Positions 20,566 to 34,320 are shown, numbered from the stretch's first letter. The stretch is DNA of 64,000 nt from Eledone cirrhosa (GCA_964016885.1 OZ024742.1:71176001-71240000), one strand, 5' to 3'. Made by a program: numbers and translations. The notes: a model not told the origin generated them from the letters alone.

Positions 20566-23500
20566 TATTTACTCCTAGAATTCAATTTCACTATTGGTTA
20601 AAAAGTGTAAATTAACATAATAATAGGTATATTTTACTCACTTTTACTTGTCTGGCAAATCCATTCGAGCTCATATGTCATTCAGCTTTTCTTTTTAGCT
20701 TCATGAATACAGGTTAAGAAAGTAACTCGTTTAGACTTTCCCTGGTTTCAGTCATTAGCCTGCAGGCCTTGCTGGAGCCCCAGTTTCACTAGTTTCTGTT
20801 ATTAGATTGTAATCATGCAGGGGCAACCCCTTAACGAGAGTATGTCAATCATATTGTTCCAAATACTATTTTTTTCAAGTCTGGTACTTATTTTATCGAT
20901 CTCTATTTGTTAAACTGATAAGTTACGGAACATAAACATACATTGTAGGACAAGCTAGAGGCGTTGGAATAGTCAATTAACCCCCCAGAAGCATAACCTG
21001 ATACTTCTGTAAAATGATACACCAACATTGTGACCCAATTTCTCCGAATGTCTTTGGTCTTCAGTTGAAGTATGTAGACAAATTACTTTTAGTATCATAT
21101 CCTCTAGGTACACAGCAGGTGTCTCAAACTCACGGACTTAAAAGAGCCTTTGTGCTCTGGGGAAGAGGCACAGTGGGCCAAAAGTGAGATGAAATGGGCA
21201 GGGGACTGATTTCCATCAGATATAATGTTAATCTGCAATACATATATGATAGTAAGTGGGATATGTAAATTAGGACAAAATATAGGGAAACACATTTTCT
21301 GTTCCAAATGTTCCTTAAATCCATTTTTACTTTTGGTAAATTACCTTTTTTCTGTTTTCCCTTTTGATTAATCCCTTCTTTCCATTTTATTGTATTTTAT
21401 GAGTAAATTACAATAAATTGTATTATTAAAACAGAATAATATTAAAACAGAAAAATTGCAAAGTTTTAGGAAAATATTAGCCATGACAATTATTCTGCTG
21501 CAGATCAGAGAAAAGTAGCTTGCGAGTCACATGCAGTGTTCTATGAGGACACAGCATCCACCACCTTCACTTCCACCACAGTATTTACGATATGTGTTGT
21601 GGCAAAAGATTCACTTACCATGCTGTTGCATATGAGGTTATCATTTATCTTTAACCCAAGAGTAATGGCTAAGCCAAGACCACAGCTATTATGTTTTAGT
21701 AGAGTCATAATTGCCATTAGAGTCATAATTGCCAACACACATATACTATATTCCTTTTGTTATTTAGCTACAGGTGTGATCTGATAGAACAGATCTATAG
21801 TCGAAAGCATTTCAGCTGTGACTATCCCATCCTCTTCCTATGTACTGGGAACCTACGACCACATTATTGAATGTGTTCTTTTTTTAAGATTGTAAAGGGT
21901 GCATGTATATAAATATGTATGTATATTTGAGTGACATTTGATTGCTATTTCTAGCAATTTCAGCTCCACTGGTGGTTTGTTATATTCACTTTTGTTATAT
22001 ATTATAACAACATTTCCGTTATAAATTATGAGTATTCCAGTTAAGTCTACTCAATTAATTAACATATAAGTGGCTGAGTATTCCACAAACATATACTCTT
22101 ATTGTAATTCTGAGATTTGGTGGTACATGGCTGTCCATTTGAACTACAGGTACAGTTAATCTGAAGGGATTCCAAGCAGTTTCTCTCTTCCGAATTTCAT
22201 TGACAAGGCTTTCCATCCAAATCCACGTTGTTTCAGGAATTTACAGCTGTTATTGTTCTCTTTCCCCATTAACATATGCAACATGCATTTGGGGGCTTGA
22301 CCCAGACTTCATCATCAACCTGCACAAATGCCTGCTCTCTCTCTCCCACAGGTCATTGTAATATCATACATGGATGTTGCCATTCATATCTACATTGCCC
22401 TGTGTGGCACCAACTCCTCAGCTTGTCCCAACCAGAGTGACATATCATACCAGAACTCACTCCAGGAAACTCTCTTTCAGTGTTTGTGCAATTTCTTCCA
22501 CAGTCCCCATCTTCATCTCCCTCCATATCACCATCTGGTTCAGTCCACAGTTGACCATCAAGAGATATGTCTCCTGTTACTAGCATGTCACATCCACAGC
22601 CAATCGCTTACAGTAGTGCTCAACTGGAATATTACCGCTCTTGTGCATGCCTGACACCCAAGGCAGGATCACTAGTCTGAGATCTATTGCAACTCCCGAT
22701 CACTTTCTGGACACTCTGTCTGGTAACATCAAAGTCAACTTTCCTGGCTAGGAACACAGACCTATCCACTCTCATATGATGTATTGTATGCAATCTCCTC
22801 AACTCTGATTCACTCAGTTGACACACTGCAGCCTTTTCTGATCCCTCTGGCACTTACAACCAGGCTTTCTTCACTCTGGTTAGGATCTCTGCTTTATTTT
22901 TTCCGAGGGCACAAAAACCACGCTCAACTTCAAGTCAAACTCAGTAGCTAGTTCTCCCAGAATTCCCAGGCAGTGCTTTATTAACATCTCTGCTGCCCCT
23001 TTTGTTTGCACCCTCCTCTTGCTGGTAAGCACTGATCTCACCTATCCAAGTACAGTGACTGAATCAGTTCGAATCTCTATAGTGCACAGCTCCAATTTCA
23101 GGATGAGATTCACTCTTGTCAGCACAGCGTCTAATTTGGCCATTTTGATGTGGTTGCAATCCTCTTTCTTTCTGAGCAAGGCTGTGCCCTTGACCTCGAT
23201 GCCCTCTATTTCCAGAATTACCCCTAGTGGTATGCTGCTCAAATCACACTCTACTGACCCTTTCTCAAATTTGAGTACACACCAACTTCCTCTTATTGGG
23301 TACTTCACCTTTATCCTTTATCCACAATCTCCCATGGCCACCATCCTCGCTAGTGCTCTGCCTCCCCAGCTCACTCGGTTCACTCATCTCTTCATGCCAG
23401 GGCCCAGTTCTGAGACTTCATTTCCTCTTCAAAATACCTATATGCCCATCTTGTCTCTTCACAGCCTGAACCCCAATGCAGCTCCTCCTTCCATCACCTC

Positions 23501-24464
23501 TGGTGGTTTCGTGGTTAACCTGAACCTTTCTAGGTGGCTTGAGACTTCTGTTGCCAACCTCATGGTCTCGCCTACCAAGATATCATCAATGTAGGCATTG
23601 GTAGCCCTCTTCCTCATGTTCACCTTTCCTAGACTGGCTTTGAGTATCGTTGCTATGATCTTTGGTGCTGAATTCAACCTGAGTCCCAGCCTGGTCAGGC
23701 AGTACATCTGGCCTTTTTTACCTAAACAGCTGATACTACTACAGTTTCTCAGTTACGTGTAGTTGCAAATATGCTGACTTTAAGTCAACAATTGTAGAGG
23801 CCCCCATTATTTGTCTCCACTCTTGCAAGGTTTCCCCACAGACATCTGTAACCTTGCCCGCCTGTATGACACGACACGTATTCGTTCAGTTCACGAACGT
23901 CCAGCACTGGCCTAACCTTTTTCTTCATTGGTTGCACTACTGCCATTAGTGGCAACACTCCACTCTTTATCTTCTCCTTTTAAGGGATTAATATGCCCTC
24001 CTTGATCTATCTTTGCACCTCTCCCTCAAACTCCCTTCTAGCATCCCCTTTCAGGGTATGATGATAGCAGCTCTCTCTGTTATTCAATGTTGGGGGCTTT
24101 CCTTTCCAGTATCATTCAACTATCCACCTCTGACTGTCAAACACAGCCTGGAAGTCATTGTCTTGAATGATATTAACAGCACATTTTTATTCATGGCTCT
24201 CCCCATTCCCCTGTTGCACACTCATGACACATGGTATTCCCATACTACCAAACATTACCATGTTCTCACTCATTGCAATGCTTCCTAAGTGGCCAATTGC
24301 ATCCATACCCATTACCACATCAATTCCATCCATCATGTGGTCGATCATGATCGCTCACAACCTTATTTTCATCCTTGTACTGCCATCTCCACCTCACTGC
24401 TACCCTTGCATTTAATCTCTCTATCATCGACTGACAAAGATTGAAACTCTCATCCTCTCAAGAA

Positions 24465-25112
24465 AGCCTGCACAGTGCACTCTACATATGAATGGAGTTC
24501 CACTGAAACAGGTGGAGAAGTTCAAGTATCTCAGGACTGTGTTCACGAGTGATGAAAAACAGGAGACTGAATTAAGTACAAGAATTGCAGAAGCCGGTGC
24601 ATTACTGCACTAGTTTCAGCATTCGGTAATCAGAAGAAAGGAGGTGTGTGTAAAAGCCAAACTTGCTGGCTCCAATTCAGTATTCATACCAACCCTTATC
24701 TATGGTCATGAATCTTAAGTAATGACCGAAAGTATATGATCACGAATACAAATGGCCAAAATGGGGTTCTACAAAGTGACTTTGGAGTAACATATCTTGA
24801 TAGAGTGCCTAGCTTGGAGATCAGAGAGTCACTCCAGGTAGAGCTGCTACTTCCCTAAATTGAGAGATCTCAGCTCCAATATTAGGGGCATGTGGTTAGA
24901 ATGTCTCAGGAAAGAATCACTGGATAGATTTTACTGGCAAACCAACAGGCAGGAGACCCGGGGGTAGACCCCAAGCAAGATGGTTGGATAACAACCATGG
25001 TCTTGGCTGTCTCACTTGGGGATCCAGCCGGATTAGTTGGAGACGATTGCTTCTAATGGGACCCACTGGAAAGAGTGTTTGAGGACAGTTCCCCCATGAC
25101 CCTTTCAGGAAT
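24465..25112 (+). mobile_element. RTE LINE 3' fragment inserted in Gypsy copy 2
   Basis: CTLHMNGVPLKQVEKFKYL, LIYGHES, RPGGRP; same family as 57040-58050. Confidence 0.8.
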
Positions 25113-25590
25113 AAAGAAGAAGAAGGAGAAGGAGAAGGAGAAGAAGAAGAAGAAGAAGGAGGAGGAGGAGGAGGAGGAGGAGGGGAAGAAGGAGACGAAG
25201 AAGGAGACGAAGACGGAGGAGGAGAAGAAGAAGGAGAAGGAGGAGGAGGAGAAGGAGGAGGAAGAGGAGGAGGACGAGGAGGAGGAAGAAGAAGATGATG
25301 AAGAAGAAGATGAAGAAGATGATGAAGAAGACGATGAAGAAGAAGAAGAAGAAGAAGATGAAGAAGAAGAAGAAGATGAAGAAGAAGATGATGAAGAAGA
25401 TGATGAAGAAGAAGATGAAGAAGAAGATGATGAAGAAGAAGATGAAGAAGAAGAAGAAGAAGAAGAAGAAGAAGAAGAAGAAAATGAAGAAAATGAAGAA
25501 AATGAAGAAGAAGAAAATGAAGAAGAAGAAAATGAAGAAGAAGAAGAAGAAGAAGAAGAAGAAGAAAATGAAGAAGAAGAAAAAGAAGAA
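25113..25590 (+). repeat. About 480-bp (GAA/GAG/GAT)n purine-rich triplet tract
   Basis: Direct reading; begins immediately after the LINE 3' end caggaataaa. Confidence 0.97.
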
Positions 25591-26434
25591 ACTGTTCACG
25601 AATGCCATCTGCACGGCCTTTTCAAGGTTTTCTCTTGTAAATTCAGCTAGTGTAGCCAACCTCCGGATTTCTGCTACAAACATGTCCACATGCTCTCCTG
25701 TTCACCTCACCTTTCCTAGTTTGGTGAACACAGCATACAATCCCTCGGTGAACTCTTCCTTCAGGCGATATTCAATCTTCTCCTCATTCAGTTGGTTTGC
25801 TTGGTCCATTTTGAGGTGCAATGCCAGTATGTTCCCCTTCATGAGGCCTGCCACATTTTCGATCCTAGAGAACCTAGCAAAACTCACACACTCTTTGCAC
25901 AAGTCATACTAAGCATCCGCACTTGATCATGGCTCAGAGATCAAGCGGGTGATATGACCTGCAATTCTGCTGATGTGACGTCACTGGCCCGTTGCTTTTG
26001 GCAAGACTGCTTCTGCACTTTCGGTTCTGTAGCCCCTCACTTATCTTATAAGAGAGCTGGCTAATTGATAACTGTTCCAGTTACTTGGAAGGGGATGATT
26101 TTACACAATATACTAGACTGATTGGCAAAACTTTTACACAAATATATCAGGGTTTTCCAAAGACAGTTTTGCAAAAAAAAAAGAATTTTGGTTTGTATGA
26201 GACGCCTTCATAAAATCTAATAATTAAAAATTTTTTTAATAAATATGACTTATCCTATATACTTGATTATATGCCAAGGAATAGGTGACCAAAAAATAGA
26301 TGGTAAAATGGTGGTGGAGGTGGGGACTTATATTTGAGGTCAATATTTTGACGATTTTCACCAACTAAAAATTGTATGTAAATTTTCATCATTTCATCAT
26401 TTTACATCCACTTTTCCCTGCTTGCAAGGTGGTA

Positions 26435-26710
26435 AATAAGATGCTAAAATATCTGGAGTGATTATTTCACAATGAAACACTGTTTTTCTATGTTTACTAT
26501 ATCATCAGGAGTTTTATTTATGCATTGCATTGAAAACATTCCCACAAACTTTTATTATTTGAACTTTCTAATACATAAATATCCTCTACACATACATGCA
26601 TACACACATGCATACATAAATACACATGTGCCAACTGTTTTCCTCTGTGACTTATATAATTATACCTTTTCTTTCAATCTTGTTATGTTTTATTACGCTT
26701 TCTGTCTTTC
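26435..26710 (-). mobile_element. Paralog of the interior of the DNA transposon at 3320-7845, lacking the Gypsy insertion
   Basis: Reverse complement ...ggtataattatataagtcacagag... joins the sequences found at 3810-3842 and 7552-7760. Confidence 0.85.
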
Positions 26711-28109
26711 CTTTCTCTCGCTCTTGCCCTCTCTTTTTCTCGCTCTGTCTCACCTCTTTATTGCTGCTTCTTCCTCCCCCTTCTACTTTAAATCCTTATA
26801 CAATGTTTTCAGTTGATCTCTTTCAACTATTCTCTATTCATTTCAATCTCCCTTTAGTGCTTTGAATCATCTCCATAATGTTAAAAATACCATAATGTGT
26901 TGATTAGTTGCCTTGGCTTATGCATGGAGTTTGGATTTATGTCTATTTCTCAGACATAAAATATGGGCATTGGCTTATATTTGAGTAGATTTATATTGAG
27001 TATATTTGGTAATTCTGTCACTAAACTGAATTTGGTTTCATTTAATATTTTATCAAAATTAGGGAACTGGGTATTATTCATAATATAAAGGTATGAGTTC
27101 TGTAATTTTTTAAAACTTGTATAAGTGTTTATGACAAAATTTGTTCGGGAACTACTCATATAAATATATATTCTATTGTTTCGTATTGGTCCACTTAACT
27201 TCCCATTTCTTTCCCTCCTCTCACTATTTGTCTAAACTGTGCTTAATCTTCTAAAGATTGTCTGAATGTTCTCTCTGCCACTGGCTCTGTCCTACAGATA
27301 TTCAGTTCTGACTAGCTTGTACAAAGAATAGGAGGCTAGTATTGTGTTTTTAAGCCCACCACACACCCATGTGCCTTTTGGCAAACCTTACAAATGATAC
27401 TGTACATGTGTACAACAGTATGCTGAAGAATAACTTATTGTATAGCACAGTCTTTTTAACCCACCAATAGATTTACAGTCTTTCCTACATGAACTATAGG
27501 TTATTGTAAAGAAGAAAAATCAATACACATTCACAGCATACAACAATTTTTGTCAACCCTGTGATGTCATGTTAGAATATACATGAGAGGGGGCCCTGAT
27601 GAAGTCAGTTCCTTTCTGAAGCTTTCGAGATATTTCATCATCTAAAGAGCATGTAACGAATAGATGGAATTGTTGGTATGATGGTTTCAATGCAAAGAAT
27701 AATACCAGGATTGTGTTGTTACAATGTTTATTTTATTATAACAATATTCAATTTGAACATTGTTTGATAAAATCTATAACATGAAATATTCGTACAATGA
27801 GTTGGTGGCTCTTCGAGCCACGTAAATACAAATATCACAGAATACGATAATAATATAATTTGTATTGTATCTGAAAGATACAATATGACAGACAGAAATG
27901 GTGAATGTAAAATGCAAGCAGTGTGAACTTACTATGTGTGTGTGTGTGTGTGTGTATTAGTAACATTCTTGTTTTAGCAGTTGGTAATATTCAATCAGCC
28001 AGGCGGGAATGGCATGTGAGAAATTAGTGGACAGACTGTTTTTTGTGAAGGGAGATTTGACAGCGTTGGTGATATACGTCCTGTCTTATCTGTGGTCTCA
28101 CTTTTTCTC

Positions 28110-28312
28110 CCGGGCGTAAACAACCCTTGTATTTATAACGGTTGAAGTTAGAAGGATAGATATATCATCTGACCTGTGGTTAGGATCTTCCAACGGGTTG
28201 GTCTACTGGGCGTAAACAACCTTGTATTTATAACGGTTGAATTTAGAAGGATGGATATATCATCTGATCTCTTTTCTGCCGGGCGTAAACAACCATCATC
28301 TGACCTGTGGTT
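28110..28312. repeat. Imperfect tandem repeats (gggcgtaaacaacc... x3) in an unclassified repeat
   Basis: gggcgtaaacaacc(c)ttgtatttataacggttgaa.ttagaagga twice plus a third partial unit. Confidence 0.7.
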
Positions 28313-28911
28313 AGCATCTCCCAAGGGGTTGGGGTCACAGGTCAAATAGAATGTCTGCCATCATCGTTGACAGGACAAAGGCGAAAACAACTAACCACGG
28401 CTTGTCCCAGAGGCGGGAAAGCTCAGATTCGGTTTCGAATCTTTGCTGGTAATATGTAGGAGTATTCTGTTATAAGCAAGATAGGCTGAGTATGTTGCCC
28501 AGGTAGACAAACTTGTCTACTAATTTCAGTTATGTTCCTTTAAATAGATTAGTTGGTTAAGACCCGTCTTCTCATGAGCAAATTCTGAAGCATATATAAA
28601 GTATACACTACCTTCACTTCCATCCCACCACACCCCACTCTTCCATACACCTCTCACGAACACAGGCTGAAGCATATATCTAGTGCGCTCCACCCACCCC
28701 TTTCACTTACTTCCCACGTCCTAACACTCTGCACCACACATATTCCCAAATACCCACCTCCCCAATCCCCACACACCTCTCCCACCAAAGTCCTCAGCCC
28801 ACACTGTAAAGTGGACGTGATGGCAACACAACAAAAAGCGCCTAGCCCACACTGTAAAGTGGTTGCATAGGAGTCATGACAAAAGCACCCAGAAATATTA
28901 AATATTTGGCC

Positions 28912-30828
28912 TGTAGCAGGAGTTACCTCCCTTGTTGTGACACTCACATCATCAATAGATTAACGCTCTCTAGATAGGAAGTAGAACCCTTTCTGTAACT
29001 TCCGGCAGAACCCTATAAAACGAATAACTTTCAGCTCCCTTTCTCTCATTTGCCTTTTCGGCTCCTGGCCTTCGGCCAGCCGCGTTCGCCTGGCAACCAA
29101 AACGGTAACTAATAACTTTGCTTCATTCTTTCATCTATTCATTGACATGTTAACTATACTGTTTTATATATCCACAAATTGTTAATTAAATATTATACAC
29201 ACAAACAACGTCTCCTTGTTATATTCATACACTCCAGTATTTTGTTATAAGTGGTGACCCCGAAAAAAGAAAAAAATAGCAGAATCTGGTGTTGTGTGAG
29301 TAACATTACGAATACGCAGCAAATTTTATTGACAAACTATGAAAATACGCAGTCAAAGAAACGAACACATGCACATGTGAAATTCTCGTTCAGACAGACT
29401 CTTTTTCTCTCACGCATCAACTAACTGTCGCATTTCACTGTATATATATATATAAGTTTTTCGTTTCTTCTTACAACGAACACTTTAAAAACAAACAAAA
29501 CAAAAAAAGAAATTTGATTTTTTTTAAACATTTCAACATGAACATTTATTTTCGATGAATCTCAACTATTGCTTTTTTTCATCGTTTTCTTCATCGTTCA
29601 ACTAAGTGAAGCCTTTCTTTCTTCTTTTCATCATTGTCATTTTCACACACACATTTTTTCAAAATGGCTGCCAACGACCTGTTGCACTATCATTTTCGCG
29701 CCATTTTCTCGCGCAATAGAAATATTTTTTTTCAACTTAACCTTGTATTGGCACGTGTAGGCAGCAGAATTCTCGACTCACGGAGATGGCCGCACGCCAG
29801 AGATAACGTTTCTCGCCAAGGATTCTCCAGCCTTAAGCTATATTCTCCTATTTGCCGGTTTAAAAATTTACCACGTAAATTTGCCGTTGAAAACTGCGCA
29901 TTTATTCAGAATATTTATTTCTTTGGTCGCTGGCCTTTTGACCCTTCCAGGTCAACGCATTCTCAACATCGACAATCAACTTCGGCTGTTATTTCTAGCA
30001 CTTTGCGCAACTCATTTTTTCTAAAAAAAATAAATTTTTACTGTGAATTTAAACATCGAATACGGTCACTCCGCGAGACAACAACATCAACAGCAACACA
30101 GCTTCATCAACAACCAAAACCAGCAGAACAAGCCAGAGAATTTATTTTTGCAGCACTCTTCCTATGAGAAAATCCATTCGGAAGTTGGAAATTTCACGTT
30201 ATACCACAGAACAGAACCACCTGCATTCATTCTCTGGAACACACTTTCTTTCCTGCTGTCATGTGATTGCACACCTGTGAACTGTATTTTGAACTTTGAG
30301 CGCTTCTCTTACTTTGATTATATTGTATCTTTGGGTGATGGATAGATAGATGTCCAGTCGTTCTCTGGCCAAGAGCGGTTGGCTACCTTGATATCTATCA
30401 TTGATTTTTGCAAACATTATTTTTTTTCGTAATTTTCATGCCTGTTACAACATTCCCGCCAACTTACTACATACATATTTCATTCGATTATTATATTATA
30501 AAAATCTGGCGGGGGATAATGTAGCAGGAGTTGCCTCTCTTGTTGTGATACTCACATCACCAATAGATTAACGCTCTCTAGATAGGAAGTAGAACCCTTT
30601 CTGTAACTTCCGACAGAACCCTATAAAACGAATAACTTTCAGCTCCCTTTCTCTCATTTGCCTTTTCGCCTGGCAACCAAAACGGTAACTAATAACTTTG
30701 CTTCATTCTTTCATCTATTCATTGACATGTCAACTATACTGTTCTATATATCCACAAATTGTTAATTAAATATTATACACACAAACCACGTCTCTTGTTA
30801 TACTTATACAACCCAGTATTTTGTTATA
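28912..30828 (+). mobile_element. Non-autonomous LTR retrotransposon (TRIM/LARD-like; cis-signals like CsRn1-clade Gypsy)
   Basis: LTRs 28912-29249 and 30520-30828; 4-bp TSD GGCC at 28908-28911 and 30829-30832; PBS TGGTGACCCCG at 29252-29262 complementary to the tRNA-Trp 3' end; PPT ggcgggggataa; 1.27-kb interior without pol motifs. Confidence 0.92.
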
Positions 30829-31019
30829 GGCCTTTCGTTTTAAACAAAGTCTGTAAAACAGTTAGAATGCTAGCTGTAAGAAAGGATTTGTTATCTAATT
30901 GCTATCTGAGGTTAAAGGTCAGTATGTGTTGATATGTGAATATTTGAGAACATAGCAACAATCTCATTGAGGTTTCAATATCTATGTTCTTAATTTACTA
31001 GAAACTGTTTTATAATGAA

Positions 31020-31350
31020 TGCAGCATGGCTAGCTAGTTAAGAATTTCTTGCAAATGTGAGGTCTCAGGTTCAATCCCATTGAATGGTGTCTTGAAAAAG
31101 TTTCTTTACTACTTTAGCCTTGCGTTGACCTAAATCTTGTGGGTGAAATTGGGTAGATGGAAACTGTTTGGAAGCCTATCAGATGAACTGTACCTGTTAT
31201 TCAAGTGGCCAGGCTTGTCACATACTGAGTCATACTGTATTTCCCTGAGAATTATTTAAAGGATAGACATGTCTAAGGATTAATCAACTATTTACGCATT
31301 AATTCAACAAGCAGGTCATTCCATTGATCAAACAATTGGAAAACTCATCA
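31020..31350 (+). mobile_element. Diverged CORE-type tRNA SINE
   Basis: catggctagctagttaag (A box), ggttcaatccc (B box), gtgtcttgaaaaagtttctttactact. Confidence 0.6.
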
Positions 31351-31419
31351 TTAAAACTTTATAATACATATGACTAAATTGTGTTAAATTCCATGAAATC
31401 AATCATGCGCACACAAACA

Positions 31420-32150
31420 TAGTCACACTAACATAAACACATACACACAAGCATTCATACATACACAAGCAAACACACATTCACCAACAAAGACAAATAC
31501 ACAGCAACATACACAAATATGCACCAACTCACACCAACATACACCGACATAAACACAAACACACAGCAACACACACCAACACACAGCAACACACCAACAC
31601 AGAGCAACACCCACCCACACACACCAACACAGCAACAAACAGCAACACACCAACACACCTACACACACCAACACACCAACTCACCAACACACTCCAACAT
31701 ACACACCAAAGCACATCAACACACCAACACACCAACACACCAACACCCAAAAACACATCAACATACCAACACACACCAACACACATCAACACATCAACAC
31801 ACCAACATACACACACACCAACACATCAACACACACCAACACACAAACACACCAACACACACCAACACACACACCAACACACCAACATACACCAACACAC
31901 ACCAGCACACCAACACACAACAACACACACTAACAGACACCAAAACACTAACACACCAACACACTAACACACCAACACACACCAACATACACCCCAACAT
32001 ACACCAACACACACCAATGCACCAACACACACCAACACATACCAACACACACCAACACACATCAACACACCAACATACACCAATACACCAACACACCAAC
32101 ATACACCAACACACCAACACACGAACATACACCAACACACCAAAACACTT
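31420..32150. repeat. (CA/CAA)-rich simple-repeat tract, (ACACCAAC)n-like
   Basis: Direct reading. Confidence 0.95.
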
Positions 32151-32169
32151 TTTATGAATGGAATTTATA

Positions 32170-33680
32170 ACTAGAAATGAATTTGTTCCTTGAACAGAAA
32201 TATCTTGATCACATATAAGGCCTTAGGATTCCAACAAGCCTGGTGATAAACTCCTGAGAATGAAACAGAGAACTGAGGAGATGGCCAACCACCAAGATGG
32301 AGAAGGGAGAGCTTTATGAACTCAGCATAGTCTTCTTGGGGCTGATCTCCAGAAAGTAGATATCCAACCATCTTCTCCCTCTTTTGCTTGTAAAAATCTT
32401 TCATGGACTCATCATCATCCAAGATTGTTTGGTAATGAGACTTATTGATGGAGTCCCAACATCTCTGGAACTTTTTGGGATACTGGGATCAGATGAGGGG
32501 AAAAAGATCTCGAGGACTTTCTTCAAAATCGGTTCAAGAATGTGATGGCAGCAAGCCAGCCACAAAAGGGATTTTTTAAGAGCTGCTTCAATTTTTGTAT
32601 TAGCTCCTTGGTGCATGCAAGTGTTAAAGGACATACCAATTATTCTATTCTCAATTTTGAGTCGTTGGATTTCCTATAAATCAACTTGTCCAGTTCCATC
32701 TCTTGCAATCGGAAGAGTTTAAACTGCAATCCAATCTTTGAGTGTGCCAGAGTGGGAAGCTGATGGTAATAATTCTCCATCCTAGTGGAGGACTAGCTAG
32801 GATCTGTCTTCATGTGGGAAAGCGGATAACTCGATTTCCTGAGCCATCTTCTCATGGCAACTGGTTCTTGCTTGATAAACAGTTGAGGGGGAAACCGAGA
32901 GTTCAGACACATAATGACCAAGACTCTTTGCAATTGCAATGTAAGAAGTACTTACTTGCCATACCGATAGTTTCTTCCATTCCCATATGGCCATACCAAT
33001 AGTTTTTACCGTTCCCATGTGACAACAAGATTGGCGTCAAAATTTGGTTTTATTTGGTCAAAATTTAGTTTTTACCGTTCCCATGTGACAACAAGATTGG
33101 CGTCAAAATTTGGTTTTATAATGTGTTGATTTTTGGGGTAGTGCTGACTTGAAGATTTCATCATCACCATCATCACTAATAACTGAACTGGATGATGAAT
33201 TTTTAAGAACTACTTTCTCAGACATCTTCTTGACTTCATCCTGCTTTCTCTTTCTTACTTTCATATTGTGAATCTTCTTTTCCTTCTTCTGAATGTCTCT
33301 CACATGTTCTGCATTAATACCAGCCAGGAATGAAGACTGCTATATCTCAAGGAAAGCTTTTGTCTTCAGATGGGACAACCTTTTGTTCGGGAATGATCTA
33401 GCTTGCAATGTCAAAAATGTTTTTGAGATCACCTTTCTGAATCTCATGCTTTTGCAATTGCTTTGTCAGTGATCTTTGACGTTTCTTTTTTTCGTCCTTG
33501 ACATACTACATATACAATTTTTCGATTGAATTGTGAATGTTTTTTTCCATTTTGGTAAGGACATTAACTTTTTCTCTCACTTCCTGGATCTGAGTTGAGT
33601 CTGAGGTTTTTGGCCCTCGGGCTTTCTCTCAAGCAGCCAAATGGCCTTTCTGGTTTCCATTTTCTTATTCTCTGTGAAAG
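32170..33680 (-). pseudogene. Decayed DDE transposase, hAT-related (hATm-like)
   Basis: Minus strand AIAKSLG..SPSTVYQAR, LVLH*DGELLP (HWDGK-like), WLACCHHILE (CxxH), GVYHQACW..KALYVIKIFLF; stops and frameshifts; short internal tandem duplication near 33001-33119. Subgroup assignment is from recalled motifs. Confidence 0.7.
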
Positions 33681-33894
33681 ATAAAAAGCAAAATCAGTCA
33701 ATCAATTTTATTTTAATAAGCCTTTGGCTTCTTACATTTCTGGAACCCATTCAGGCTATGAAAAGCAAAAGAGAAGAAAATTATTTTGTAACTTTATAAC
33801 AACAGATGGAACTTGATGAAAACTTGCCAATAAAACCAGAACTTGGCATAGCATTCAAAAAGCACCAAACTGTGCAACCCAAAAATAATTGTAT

Positions 33895-34320
33895 AGCTAT
33901 ACCTCTGACTGTGACAGCCTGGAAATCTCCACTGTACAACCATTCCTTTGACTGTAACAGCCTGGAAACCTCAACTGTATAGTCCTTCCTCTGATTTAAT
34001 GGCCTGGAAACCTTTACTGTACAGCTATATCTCTGGCTATGACAACCAGGAAACCACCATTGTGCAGCTGCTCCTCTGACTGTGACATCCTAGATATTCC
34101 TCTGACTGCGATGGACCAGAAACCTCCAGAGTACAGTTATTTCTCTGACTATGAGAGCCTGGAAACCTCAATTGTACTGCTATTCCTCAAACTGTGACAG
34201 CCAGGAAACCGCCTTACATTTATTCCTCTGACTGTGGCAGCCAGGAAAACTCAACTGTACAGCTGTTCCTCTTACTGGGATGGCCTAGGAAACCTCCACT
34301 GTACAGCTGTCTCTCTGTGA
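33895..34320. repeat. Degenerate ~44-bp minisatellite, about 10 copies
   Basis: cctctgactgtgacagcctggaaacctccactgtacagc-like unit. Confidence 0.9.

Larger units (their letters stand above)
15263..21193 (+). repeat. Old tandem segmental duplication: unit A 15263-17637, unit B 17634-21193 (B expanded by LINE insertions)
   Basis: Homologous blocks 15263-15530 ~ 17634-17669 + 18929-19250; 15563-15945 = 20552-20934; 17395-17637 ~ 20955-21193; junction shares TGAA. Confidence 0.9.
22200..25912 (-). mobile_element. Second, more decayed copy of the same Gypsy family; LTRs not identified
   Basis: Minus-strand gag (VAEIRRLATLA), RT (YIDDILV), RNase H (CNHIKMAKLDAV..EIRTDS), IN (LHTIHHM..C, DEVWVKPPNA); many stops; interrupted at 24465-25590. 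Confidence 0.88.

Noticed and set aside
21169-21185. RSS/Transib-like heptamer CACAGTG (also near 17613)
   Set aside because: No nonamer or partner TIR; the two occurrences are simply the two duplication units
25075-25912. Poly-Glu, poly-Lys and poly-Phe ORFs
   Set aside because: Triplet microsatellite at a LINE tail inside a dead Gypsy element
27596-27640. Hammerhead ribozyme at ctgatgaag
   Set aside because: No downstream GAAA box with compatible stems
31423-32157. His/Thr/Gln-rich and Cys/Val-rich ORFs (also 19992-20615, 50374-50662, 55614-55886, 59349-59573)
   Set aside because: Simple-sequence repeats
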